Shown here in pieces: positions 8,248-16,562 of a stretch of 64,000 bases of DNA; positions within the stretch are counted from its first letter, which is position 1; the number at the start of each line of letters is the position of its first letter. The position numbers were made by a program, and so were the translations under genes. The notes under the pieces were generated by a model. The model worked only from the letters and a program-made list of their open reading frames with translations. It was not told where the DNA came from and made no database searches. The DNA is from Oscillospiraceae bacterium. GTDB taxonomy: Bacteria > Bacillota > Clostridia > Oscillospirales > Oscillospiraceae. The DNA is taken from positions 1,927 to 65,926 of the forward strand of contig JAJQBY010000119.1 in NCBI GenBank assembly GCA_021203045.1, read 5' to 3'.

Positions 8248-10413
8248 ATGGATACAGAAGCTACAGAGAACATACGCCAGTCAAAGGATATTCCGTATCG
8301 CTGCGGTGACTGCGAGCCATGCGTTGATGATTCGGGCTACATTTTCATCAGCTATGCCCATGTTGACCGTCCGATGGTACAGAGGATTATCAACCTGCTG
8401 GACAGGCGTGGATTCCGCATCTGGTACGACAGAGGGATATCCGGCGGGACGCCATGGCGCGATGTGTTAAAGGATAGAATGAATCACAGTCAGTCGTGTC
8501 TGGCGTTTTTATCCGGCGGGGTCGAACAGCGCCATGTCATCATGGACGAATTGACATGGGCGATAGAGCGTGCGAAAAGTGATGAAAATTATCAGCTCGT
8601 ATTCGTGCTGCTGGATAAGGTGTCCCCATCTCTGTTTCCGGGGAAGATTCAGGACTATCTGAAGGAATGCCAATCCATCAATCTGGAAAAAATGGGCGGC
8701 CTGACGGAGCGGCTGGCCAATGCGCTGCTCTCCATCTGCTGGCCCCATGCTATCGTTGATGAGAACTACCGCAGGGCCATGGGCTATGCTCCCTGGAACC
8801 CGCAGCATGTCGATGAAGGGGAGGTAACGAAGGGCATTGCAGAGCAGGAGGGTGAGCTTAGCTACGTCTATCCCCGGGCGCGGCTCGTTCCGGCAGAGGC
8901 AGCATCATGCGGAAGAACATTCCGTTTTTATAAAATAAGCCCTGACTCCGTAGACCCTGATACGGTCCATCCCATGTGCATAGATAATCAGTGGGTACCG
9001 GAGGATATGTATACCCGCAGGGATTTTCAAACAGACGGTCTCAGGTGCCCCAGCGTCTCTGCAGATATCCAGAGCCGCCAGCGCCGGGAAATATACCAGG
9101 CCCTGCTGCACAACTGGCAGATGGTGGTGAACCGTGCCCATCTGATGAATAGCCAGGTGTTTTCTGCATGGTATATGCAGGAGGGGACGGAGGATTATGA
9201 AGCCTTTGCCGCGCTTGTGTCCAACGGTTCCATTCTGGCCTATCTGATGGAGGAGAAGGACCCCGCCGAGCATCCGCCGTTCGATACATCAAAACAACAG
9301 CTTGCAATGTGGCAGAAATTCTGCGAAAGATATTCGGTCTCCTGCCTGCGTTTCGACTGGGATAATGAGGAGAGCAACGCATACGAGACCAAGCGGCTGC
9401 TTGGCTATTCCTTCCAAAACTTCTGCCTTACCACGGCAAATGACGCCTACCGGCAGGAGGAGCTGGCCGCGGCATTTAACATTCGGGACCGTGATGCTTT
9501 TGCGGCCCAGTGGCAGAAGATACAGGAGGATGTTCAGGCCTTTGCAGACGAACAGAGCGCGAAGCCCCTTGCGGAACGCCGGCCATACAGCCGAAGCCGG
9601 TTCTATCAGACCTTTATCTGCGATCTTTCAGACGGCAGGCAGGTAGACGACGGAGTGCTGGATATGAAAAAAGGGCCGTTCGTTCGTGAATTGAAGCAGA
9701 TCGCGGATTTTGAATACGGCATGAATTTTGCCGCCGCCATGAATATACAGCCGCTGGTGCCGGGGGATTCAAGGCTGAAAAACTTTGCGTTCTCTGAACG
9801 CATCATGGAACACGCAGGCCGCGAGATCGGAACGGATGAACTGACCTTTGCTGTGACCGAGTTTGTCCCCCGGTTCCTGCGGAAGCAGGTTTTATATGCA
9901 GAAAATCTGTCTCTGTCCCTGAGTCGTATCCACCAGATCAGGCAAACGGATGGGTGGAGGAGCTATATGAATTCCATCACCGCCGGCCGCCGGCGCGCCG
10001 GACTGGACCAGCTGGACCTGCTGGATACAGTGCCGGTCTGGGAAAAATATCAAACGCTCATGGAGACCGTTCAGACGATGTTTCCGAATGAAAGCTGGCA
10101 GCGCCGACAGGGGAGCCTTTCGATGATTTACCGCTTCGGCGAGCAAACATTGATATCCGTGTACCGTCATGGCGCCGCTTCGATCGAGATAGACGACAGA
10201 GGCGTAAAGGACAGGGAACGGATGCAGAAAAAAAGCGTCCTCACAGTCGACTATGTTTGCGGCGATGTGCTGGCCGGAGAGATGAAAAACGGCCTTCTAG
10301 CCGAGATACGGCTGTTCCAGGGGCTGACCCGCGACAGAGGCGCAGATGCCTGCGAGAAGCTTCTGGGTAAACTAAAAAGCATTCATTATCGGGGAGATGT
10401 ATATGAAAGCTGA
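8248..10413 (+). CDS. TIR-domain protein with a large C-terminal region of unknown function
   Basis: N-terminal TIR_2-like signature YIFISYAHVDRPMVQRIINLLDRRGFRIWYDRGI...W...CLAFLS...VIMDELTWAIE (residues ~30-150). The remaining ~570 aa show no motif I recognise: no Walker A, SIR2, Macro or nuclease signature. AAGGAG RBS lies inside the 3' end of the HD gene. Confidence 0.8.
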   Translation: MDTEATENIRQSKDIPYRCGDCEPCVDDSGYIFISYAHVDRPMVQRIINLLDRRGFRIWYDRGISGGTPWRDVLKDRMNHSQSCLAFLSGGVEQRHVIMDELTWAIERAKSDENYQLVFVLLDKVSPSLFPGKIQDYLKECQSINLEKMGGLTERLANALLSICWPHAIVDENYRRAMGYAPWNPQHVDEGEVTKGIAEQEGELSYVYPRARLVPAEAASCGRTFRFYKISPDSVDPDTVHPMCIDNQWVPEDMYTRRDFQTDGLRCPSVSADIQSRQRREIYQALLHNWQMVVNRAHLMNSQVFSAWYMQEGTEDYEAFAALVSNGSILAYLMEEKDPAEHPPFDTSKQQLAMWQKFCERYSVSCLRFDWDNEESNAYETKRLLGYSFQNFCLTTANDAYRQEELAAAFNIRDRDAFAAQWQKIQEDVQAFADEQSAKPLAERRPYSRSRFYQTFICDLSDGRQVDDGVLDMKKGPFVRELKQIADFEYGMNFAAAMNIQPLVPGDSRLKNFAFSERIMEHAGREIGTDELTFAVTEFVPRFLRKQVLYAENLSLSLSRIHQIRQTDGWRSYMNSITAGRRRAGLDQLDLLDTVPVWEKYQTLMETVQTMFPNESWQRRQGSLSMIYRFGEQTLISVYRHGAASIEIDDRGVKDRERMQKKSVLTVDYVCGDVLAGEMKNGLLAEIRLFQGLTRDRGADACEKLLGKLKSIHYRGDVYES

Positions 10414-11095
10414 GAATACGATGCTCCGGGACATAGAAGAAAAAGGGCGTTCGAAGTCTTGGCAGGAATATCTTTCGCTGATGGAGGAGCGTCCGGAACT
10501 GTTCCGGCAGAATGACGGACTGCGGATTATAACAGCTTTGGCGGATATATGTGCCTACGAGCGGCGCACAGGACAGATCATCGGCGTCCGGTATCGAAGC
10601 CCCTATTATATGCTGGTGCAGGACCTGGTGCAAAATGCTCAGGGGGAGGTATTTTTCTACGACCGATTGCTGCCTGCGGTCCCGGCCGGCGCAGTGGCCA
10701 TGCTTCCAGTCTATCAGGGTAAATATGTTCTGCTGCATCAGTTTCGCCATGCTATCCGGGATTATCAATACGGATTTCCCCGCGGTTTTGGAGAGCCGGG
10801 CCTGTCTCCGGAGGAGAATGCACAGAAGGAGCTGCGTGAGGAGTTGGGAGGCCGGGCAGCCCGGATAGAGCTTTTGGGAACGATATACCCGGACAGCGGA
10901 TTGACATCCACCGGCGTTTCCGTGTATCGGTGTGACATGGAAAGCGTGAGCCTGCAGGCGGATCACGAGCAGATAGAGAATATTGTTTTCCTGTCCTCTG
11001 ATGAACTGCAGCAGTGGGTGCGGGACGGAAAAATCACGGATAGCTTCACCCTGGCTGCCATATTATTATTAAAAGCAAAGGAAACAAAGCTATGA
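10397..11095 (+). CDS. Nudix hydrolase, ADP-ribose pyrophosphatase-like
   Basis: Nudix box GFGEPGLSPEENAQKELREELGG (nt 10784..10852), downstream YPDSGLTS and C-terminal ITDSFTLAAILL resembling NudF-type ADPRases. Overlaps the TIR gene by 17 nt; an alternative ATG at 10403 also overlaps. Confidence 0.75.
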   Translation: MYMKAENTMLRDIEEKGRSKSWQEYLSLMEERPELFRQNDGLRIITALADICAYERRTGQIIGVRYRSPYYMLVQDLVQNAQGEVFFYDRLLPAVPAGAVAMLPVYQGKYVLLHQFRHAIRDYQYGFPRGFGEPGLSPEENAQKELREELGGRAARIELLGTIYPDSGLTSTGVSVYRCDMESVSLQADHEQIENIVFLSSDELQQWVRDGKITDSFTLAAILLLKAKETKL

Positions 11096-12261
11096 AAAAG
11101 AAGGAATCCTGGATTATTGCGGCCATCCTGGCCCTGGAAGTGATGCAGATGGGCGCCAATGGTATCTCGCCCATTATTGCTGAGCTGACAGCGGCATTTC
11201 CCCAGGCCGGAACATCGACTGTGCAGTTTTTGATGACCTTTCCCAGCCTGATTGTTATTCCCGTCAGTCTTATGGCGGGCAAGCTGGCGGAACGGGTGCC
11301 GAAAAAATATCTGACCGCCCTGGGCAGCGGCCTTTTCTGTGCCAGCGGCCTGTTAAGTCTGGCATTTCACGGGTCCCTGCCGGTGCTGTACGCCTGGGCG
11401 GTATTGATGGGGGCGGGGATCGGCCTGGTGATTCCCATCGCTACCAGCCTTATTACGGATTGCGTGAGCGCCGAACGGCAGGACAGCGTTATGGGATGGC
11501 TGTCCAGCGCTGCCAGCGTGGGCGCTATGCTGATGACCTTTTTTGGCGGCCTGCTGGCAGAGATACATTGGAGCCTGAATTATCTGGTCTATTTGGTCGC
11601 CCTGCCGGGACTGCTGCTGTCTCTCCTCTGTCTGCCAAGGGACGCAGGACGGCAGCCTATAGCGGAAGGGGAGCCCACCGTCGCACAGGCAAAGCCCAGG
11701 TATGGCCCGCTGGCCTTCTGCTGTGTTCTGGCTCTGCTGGCCACGCTGCTGTATAATACCTTCCCGGTAAATATGAGCCTGTATCTGGCGGAAAAGAGCC
11801 TCGGTACCTCGGCGCAGGCCGGCACGGCTACGACGATCCTGCTGCTGATGGGCGTTGTCGGCGGGATACTCTATGGCCGCGCTGTCAGTCGGGTAGGGCG
11901 GTATGTATACGTCATCGGCTTTGCCCTGATGGTTGCGGGCCAGGTCATATGCGGCACTGCCGCCGGGCTCTGGCAGGTATACATTGGCTGCGTGGTGGGC
12001 GGCGCATCCCTGGGCTTTGTGATGGCCCGCGTGTTGACAGATGCTGCAGCCTGCTCCGGGACAAACGTGGCCTTCGGCATGGCGCTTATCACGGCCTTTG
12101 CCAACCTGGGCGGCTTCTGCGCTCCGGTACTGACAGCGGCGGCCCGACTTATTTCCGGCAGCGAAGCTGTCGGCCCCCGTTTCCTGCTGAGCGCCGCCTG
12201 CGCCGCTGTTATGGCCGTGGTGATGTGTATCGTTGTCCGCCGGAAGCACGCCCGTGGGTAA
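11092..12261 (+). CDS. MFS transporter
   Basis: About 12 hydrophobic segments and a typical MFS layout. ATGA overlap with the Nudix gene. Confidence 0.7.
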   Translation: MKKKESWIIAAILALEVMQMGANGISPIIAELTAAFPQAGTSTVQFLMTFPSLIVIPVSLMAGKLAERVPKKYLTALGSGLFCASGLLSLAFHGSLPVLYAWAVLMGAGIGLVIPIATSLITDCVSAERQDSVMGWLSSAASVGAMLMTFFGGLLAEIHWSLNYLVYLVALPGLLLSLLCLPRDAGRQPIAEGEPTVAQAKPRYGPLAFCCVLALLATLLYNTFPVNMSLYLAEKSLGTSAQAGTATTILLLMGVVGGILYGRAVSRVGRYVYVIGFALMVAGQVICGTAAGLWQVYIGCVVGGASLGFVMARVLTDAAACSGTNVAFGMALITAFANLGGFCAPVLTAAARLISGSEAVGPRFLLSAACAAVMAVVMCIVVRRKHARG

Positions 12262-13030
12262 GCCCCGGGTCGCCGTATGCTATGGACTGGCAATGCTTAT
12301 TGCACTATCCGGCTGTAACAGGGGAGAGCTTGCTAACACAGGAGAAATCACCCATGTGATCATGCCTGCCGTTACGGAAGTAAATGTGGAAGCGTCGGAA
12401 CAGCCAGAGGCGGATGTGCCTTCACTTGATTTTTCCTCGGCGGAAAATCGGGACGGAGAACTTGTATTCACTGTTACCGGCGCAGCACTGATAGAGGCTT
12501 TCAACGCCGAATATGGGGAGGTCTTCCTGCCGGAGATGGACGCCTGGCAGCAAACAGTCTGCCAGACGGCTCTCAATTCGCCTTATGAAACCGTGTGGTT
12601 CCGATTTCAGATGGTGGAAGGAGTGACAATGTCCCCCGCCGTCTATCTGTATACCCCATCGGACAGCGATCTTCTCGGTGAGATCGTCCTAGTCTTCGAC
12701 CATCACGGATATGCGGATTGGGCCTATTCTCTGTATGCGAGAGTGAGCGGCCAAATGCTGGCGCTGCTGCTTCCGGACATGGATGCAGAGGCATATGTCG
12801 GACTTTTTGAAACGCTGTATGACTTGGCCATTCATGATGACGCGTGCTACCTGGGGACGCTGCTGAATGGAGAGATAACACCGCCGCTGCTCTATTGGCA
12901 GGACGATGTGGGTCTTTACCCCTGTTACGCCGGGGGGCTGGTGTATATCTGCGCTGTGCCCGTGACAGCGGAATATATGGAAGCTCTGGCGGCCCGAAAT
13001 ATAGAACTGATTGCAATTGAACAAGACTGA
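12254..13030 (+). CDS. Putative lipoprotein, function unknown
   Basis: A GTG start at 12254 gives (M)GKPRVAVCYGLAMLIALSGC with lipobox LSGC. It overlaps the MFS stop. The maximal ORF starts at 12233. Confidence 0.5.
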   Translation: MGKPRVAVCYGLAMLIALSGCNRGELANTGEITHVIMPAVTEVNVEASEQPEADVPSLDFSSAENRDGELVFTVTGAALIEAFNAEYGEVFLPEMDAWQQTVCQTALNSPYETVWFRFQMVEGVTMSPAVYLYTPSDSDLLGEIVLVFDHHGYADWAYSLYARVSGQMLALLLPDMDAEAYVGLFETLYDLAIHDDACYLGTLLNGEITPPLLYWQDDVGLYPCYAGGLVYICAVPVTAEYMEALAARNIELIAIEQD

Positions 13031-13045
13031 AAAGGAGCAACAAAA

Positions 13046-13417
13046 ATGAGCACTTTTGCATTTAACCATGTGAATTTCAACGTTCTTGACCTAGGCAGAA
13101 GCCTGGCGTTTTATCGGGACGCTTTGGGCCTGGAGCCGGTGAACACGAAGGATGCGGCGGATGGGGCGTTCAAGCTGGTCTATCTGGGAGACGGTCAGAC
13201 TGGATTTCGCATGGAGCTGACCTGGCTGCGGGACAGGACCGAACCATACGACCTGGGAGAGGGAGAGTTTCATGTGGCTTTTGCCGTCTCCGATATGGAG
13301 GCCGCCCACGCCAGACATCAGGCCATGGGCTGCATCTGCTTTGAAAACCATGCCATGGGCATATATTTCATCGAAGACCCGGACGGATACTGGCTGGAAA
13401 TTGTGCCGGAGAAATAA
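13046..13417 (+). CDS. VOC family protein / glyoxalase I-like (lactoylglutathione lyase family)
   Basis: FNHVNFNVLDLGRSLAFYRDALGLEP ... GEFHVAFAV ... PDGYWLEIV. Confidence 0.75.
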   Translation: MSTFAFNHVNFNVLDLGRSLAFYRDALGLEPVNTKDAADGAFKLVYLGDGQTGFRMELTWLRDRTEPYDLGEGEFHVAFAVSDMEAAHARHQAMGCICFENHAMGIYFIEDPDGYWLEIVPEK

Positions 13418-13489
13418 AATGAACAGGTCGTGCAGTGCTTTGTTTGTACGAACAAGAGCTCAATCAGAATCTGTGGAGAAAATTATATT

Positions 13490-13852
13490 GTGAAAATAAA
13501 ACAAGTAGAAAAAAACTATATCGTTTGCGCTGTTATTCAAAGCGATGATTTGGTAATTGCGGATGCTCAATCCGCGCTGGATCTGTTGATGACGGTCAGA
13601 TACGAAAATGGGACGAAAAATATTGTGATTGATAAGCGACTGATCGCAGAGGAATTTTTTATTCTCAGTACGGGTCTTGCGGGCGAAATCCTGCAAAAGT
13701 TTGTCAACTATGGCGGTCGCATTGCAATATTCGGCAATTATTCGCGTTATACAAGCAAACCTCTGAAGGATTTTATTTACGAGAGCAATCAGGGCAAAGA
13801 CGTATTCTTTGCTGCAACAGAAGATGAAGCGATAGATATGCTTACTCGCTAA
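13490..13852 (+). CDS. DUF4180-like protein
   Basis: VKIKQVEKN...SALDLLMTVRYE...LAGEILQKFVNYGGRIAIFGNYS...LKDFIYESNQGKDVFF matches my recollection of DUF4180. GTG start at 13490 with a GGAGA RBS. Visibly lower GC than the surroundings. Confidence 0.55.
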   Translation: MKIKQVEKNYIVCAVIQSDDLVIADAQSALDLLMTVRYENGTKNIVIDKRLIAEEFFILSTGLAGEILQKFVNYGGRIAIFGNYSRYTSKPLKDFIYESNQGKDVFFAATEDEAIDMLTR

Positions 13853-13883
13853 TGTCCAATTAATCGGCTAATCGGAGGCGCCA

Positions 13884-14237
13884 ATGAACAGGCGGGATAT
13901 TTTTGACTATGTCAAACAGAAGTATGGGACGGAGCCGGAGTATTTATGGGTGAAGTATCCGTCCTATGCTGTCCTGCGGCATCAGGACAATCGGAAATGG
14001 TACGGCATTGTGATGGATGTTCCAAAAGACAAGCTGGGCTTGCTGGGTACAGAAGCGGCGGACATTCTGGATATCAGGTGCGAGCCGCTGATGGCAGACC
14101 AGCTGCGGCAGCTGCCGGGTATTCTCCCCGGCTATCACATGAATAAGAAATATTGGGTCAGCATCCTGTTGGACGGCACAGTATCAGCCGATAAGATATT
14201 GGAGCTGCTGGATATGAGCTTCCGGAACACCCGGTAA
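13884..14237 (+). CDS. MmcQ/YjbR family DNA-binding protein
   Basis: YLWVKYPSYAVLRHQDNRKWYGIVMDVPKDKLG...GYHMNKKYWVSI, typical of YjbR. Confidence 0.7.
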   Translation: MNRRDIFDYVKQKYGTEPEYLWVKYPSYAVLRHQDNRKWYGIVMDVPKDKLGLLGTEAADILDIRCEPLMADQLRQLPGILPGYHMNKKYWVSILLDGTVSADKILELLDMSFRNTR

Positions 14238-14278
14238 CCTAAAACTGAGGGCTTATCTCTATTTTATAAAAAAAGGTC

Positions 14279-14307
14279 TTGATTTGCGGGGCAATATATG
14301 GTATAGT
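14279..14307 (+). promoter_or_regulatory. Sigma-A-type promoter of the rimP-nusA-infB operon
   Basis: TTGATT - 17 nt - TATAGT. Confidence 0.6.
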
Positions 14308-14332
14308 CAAATGCAGTAGAGGTCTTTTCCTA

Positions 14333-14360
14333 GAGTGGGTCGTGTCCCACTCTTTTTCTT
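14333..14360 (+). terminator. Leader hairpin plus U-tract between the promoter and rimP (candidate attenuator)
   Basis: gagtggg / cccactc stem, 6-nt loop, then tttttctt, about 40 nt upstream of the rimP ATG. Confidence 0.5.
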
Positions 14361-14399
14361 GATATAAATGAATTTGTCAAAAGCTGGAAATTATAAACT

Positions 14400-14861
14400 A
14401 TGAATCGAATTGAAAAAACTGTTTGGGATCTGGCACTTCCTGTGGTAGAGCAGGCTGGCCTGGAGCTTTGGGATGTAGAATATGTGACCGAGGCGGGGCA
14501 GAAATATCTGCGTGTCTATCTGGACGGTCCGGAGGGCGTGACGCTGGACGACTGTGAGACTGTATCCCGCGCCCTGGACCCAATCCTGGACGAAAAGGAC
14601 CCTGTGCCGGACAGCTATATTTTCGAGGTCAGCTCCGCCGGATGTGAACGCTCTCTGAAGCGTCCCTCTGATTTTCAGCGGTTTCTTGGCTCAAAGGTGG
14701 AGGTCCGGCTTTACAGCGCCGTGAATGGCTCCAAGCTGTGGGTAGGCAGCCTGACCGCTTATGAGGACGGCGACGTCATCGTCACTGCCGGAGGCCAGGA
14801 GCACCGCTTCACAGAAAAACAGATCGCCAATGTGCGCCTGCGCATGGAAATGGATTTTTAA
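14400..14861 (+). CDS. rimP: Ribosome maturation factor RimP
   Basis: Sequence family resemblance and its conserved position upstream of nusA. Confidence 0.85.
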   Translation: MNRIEKTVWDLALPVVEQAGLELWDVEYVTEAGQKYLRVYLDGPEGVTLDDCETVSRALDPILDEKDPVPDSYIFEVSSAGCERSLKRPSDFQRFLGSKVEVRLYSAVNGSKLWVGSLTAYEDGDVIVTAGGQEHRFTEKQIANVRLRMEMDF

Positions 14862-14908
14862 TACGAAATAACAGATAACACGTCAGTATAAATTGAAGGA
14901 GATGCACT

Positions 14909-15961
14909 ATGAACGCCGAGTTTTTTGCCGCCATTGAGGACATTGAGCGGGAAAAGGGGATACCCCGTGAATATATGTACGAGAAGATCAACCAGGCCAT
15001 GCTGGCCGCCTTCCGCAAGGATAATCCGGATGCCGCGGATAATGTGGTAGTGGAGCTGGACGAAGCAAAAAAGAAGATCGAGATGTATGTTCTGACCGAT
15101 GTAGTGGAGGAGGTAGAGAATCCCGCCACAGAGATGACGGAGGAACAGGCTCGCAAGATATCCAAGAAGGCCAAGGTAGGCGATCAGATCCACGTTCCCG
15201 TGAATACCAAGGAATTTGGCCGCATTGCAGCCCAGGCGGCAAAGCAGGTCATCATTCAGGGCATTCGTGAGGCAGAGCGTGGCCTCATTTATGATGAGTT
15301 CACTTCCAAGGAGCATGAGATATTCACCGGTGAGGTATCCCGTATAGATCCCCGGACGGGGAACATATCCATGAAGATAAGCTCCAACGCCGAATACACA
15401 GACGCTCTGCTCTCTACCAATGAGCAGCTTCCCAATGAGGAGCTGGTGGAAGGCTCCCGGGTGAAAGTCTATGTTATCGAGGTCCGCAAGTCTCCCCGTG
15501 GGCCGCAGGTGCTTATCAGCCGCACCCATCCCGGTCTGGTGAAGGGACTGTTTGAGCTGGAGGTGCCGGAGATCGCCGATGGCACAGTCGAGATCATGAG
15601 CATCGCCCGGGAGGCCGGCTCCCGCACCAAAGTGGCCGTGTGGAGCACCGCTCCGGACGTGGATTGCATCGGCGCCTGCGTAGGACCGAGAGGTAGCCGT
15701 GTAGCCGCCATCGTAGATGAGCTGGGCGGCGAGAAAATAGACATCGTAAAATACAGCCAGACCCCGGAGGAGTATGTGGCCGCGGCCCTGTCCCCGGCAG
15801 AGGTGGTGAACGTCTTTATGGACGATGATGAAAAATCCTGCCGGGTCATTGTTCCGGATGGGCAGCTTTCTCTGGCTATCGGCAAGGAGGGGCAGAACGC
15901 CCGTCTTGCCGCAAAGCTGACCGGCATAAAGATCGATATCAAGCCTGCCAGCGAGGGCTGA
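14909..15961 (+). CDS. nusA: Transcription termination/antitermination factor NusA
   Basis: N-terminal NusA domain, S1 and KH motifs (RTHPGLVKGLFELEVPEI, GACVGPRGSRV, IGKEGQNARLAAKLTG). Confidence 0.95.
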   Translation: MNAEFFAAIEDIEREKGIPREYMYEKINQAMLAAFRKDNPDAADNVVVELDEAKKKIEMYVLTDVVEEVENPATEMTEEQARKISKKAKVGDQIHVPVNTKEFGRIAAQAAKQVIIQGIREAERGLIYDEFTSKEHEIFTGEVSRIDPRTGNISMKISSNAEYTDALLSTNEQLPNEELVEGSRVKVYVIEVRKSPRGPQVLISRTHPGLVKGLFELEVPEIADGTVEIMSIAREAGSRTKVAVWSTAPDVDCIGACVGPRGSRVAAIVDELGGEKIDIVKYSQTPEEYVAAALSPAEVVNVFMDDDEKSCRVIVPDGQLSLAIGKEGQNARLAAKLTGIKIDIKPASEG

Positions 15962-15964
15962 GCC

Positions 15965-16231
15965 ATGTCAGAGCCGCTGCGGATGTGTGTCGGCTGCCGC
16001 ACCAGAGCCACCAAAAAGGAGCTTATCCGTATCGTCCGCACGCCGGACGGTCAGGTCATAGCGGATGCCAGAGCCAAGGCTCCTGGCAGGGGAGCATATA
16101 TATGCCGCAAGGCGGCATGCCTGCAAAAAGCAAGAAAAAGCCGCGCTCTGGAGCGTATGCTGGAAGTTGAAATAACGCCGGAGACCTATGAGGCCTTGGC
16201 TTCCGCCATCGAGGAGAACGCCGGTGGATAA
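15965..16231 (+). CDS. ylxR: YlxR/RnpM family (DUF448) RNA-binding protein
   Basis: RMCVGCR...GRGAYIC motif and conserved synteny. Confidence 0.85.
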   Translation: MSEPLRMCVGCRTRATKKELIRIVRTPDGQVIADARAKAPGRGAYICRKAACLQKARKSRALERMLEVEITPETYEALASAIEENAGG

Positions 16232-16535
16232 AGCATTGGGCTATCTGGCATTGGCCGCGAAGGCCGGAAAGCTGCGAGTCGGCGAGCTGGATATAAAAAC
16301 GAGTGTCCAGAGGGGAAAGGGAAGTCTTCTGGTCCTTGCCCGGGATGCCGGACAGAACACAGCGCATCGGGCGCAGAAGCTTTCAGAAGATCTGCCTGCG
16401 CCGCTGATAAAAACCGCTTATACAAAATCGGAGATCGCAGCCGCCATTGGGCGGGGCAATCCCGTGGCCCTTGTCCTGATGAGGGACGAAGGCCTTGCAA
16501 AGGCCTTTGCAGAGGCCGCAAGAAAGGAATCGTAG
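16224..16535 (+). CDS. L7Ae/YlxQ family ribosomal-protein-like RNA-binding protein
   Basis: LGYLALAAKAGKL... family signature. A GTG start at 16224 overlaps the ylxR stop. Conserved synteny before infB. Confidence 0.7.
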   Translation: MDKALGYLALAAKAGKLRVGELDIKTSVQRGKGSLLVLARDAGQNTAHRAQKLSEDLPAPLIKTAYTKSEIAAAIGRGNPVALVLMRDEGLAKAFAEAARKES

Positions 16536-16562
16536 GAAATCCCAGGAACAGGAGGAGCGAAT

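Noticed and set aside
13430-13489. Cys-rich leader (MQCFVCTNKSSIRICGENYI) preceding the DUF4180 gene as a possible small peptide or zinc motif
   Set aside because: It is more simply explained as an upstream in-frame read-through. The GTG at 13490, with a GGAGA RBS, reproduces the expected family N-terminus.
13430-14400. Lower-GC patch (DUF4180, YjbR, rimP leader) as a genomic islet
   Set aside because: It holds only two small common accessory genes and no mobility genes or flanking repeats. This is too little evidence to call an island.
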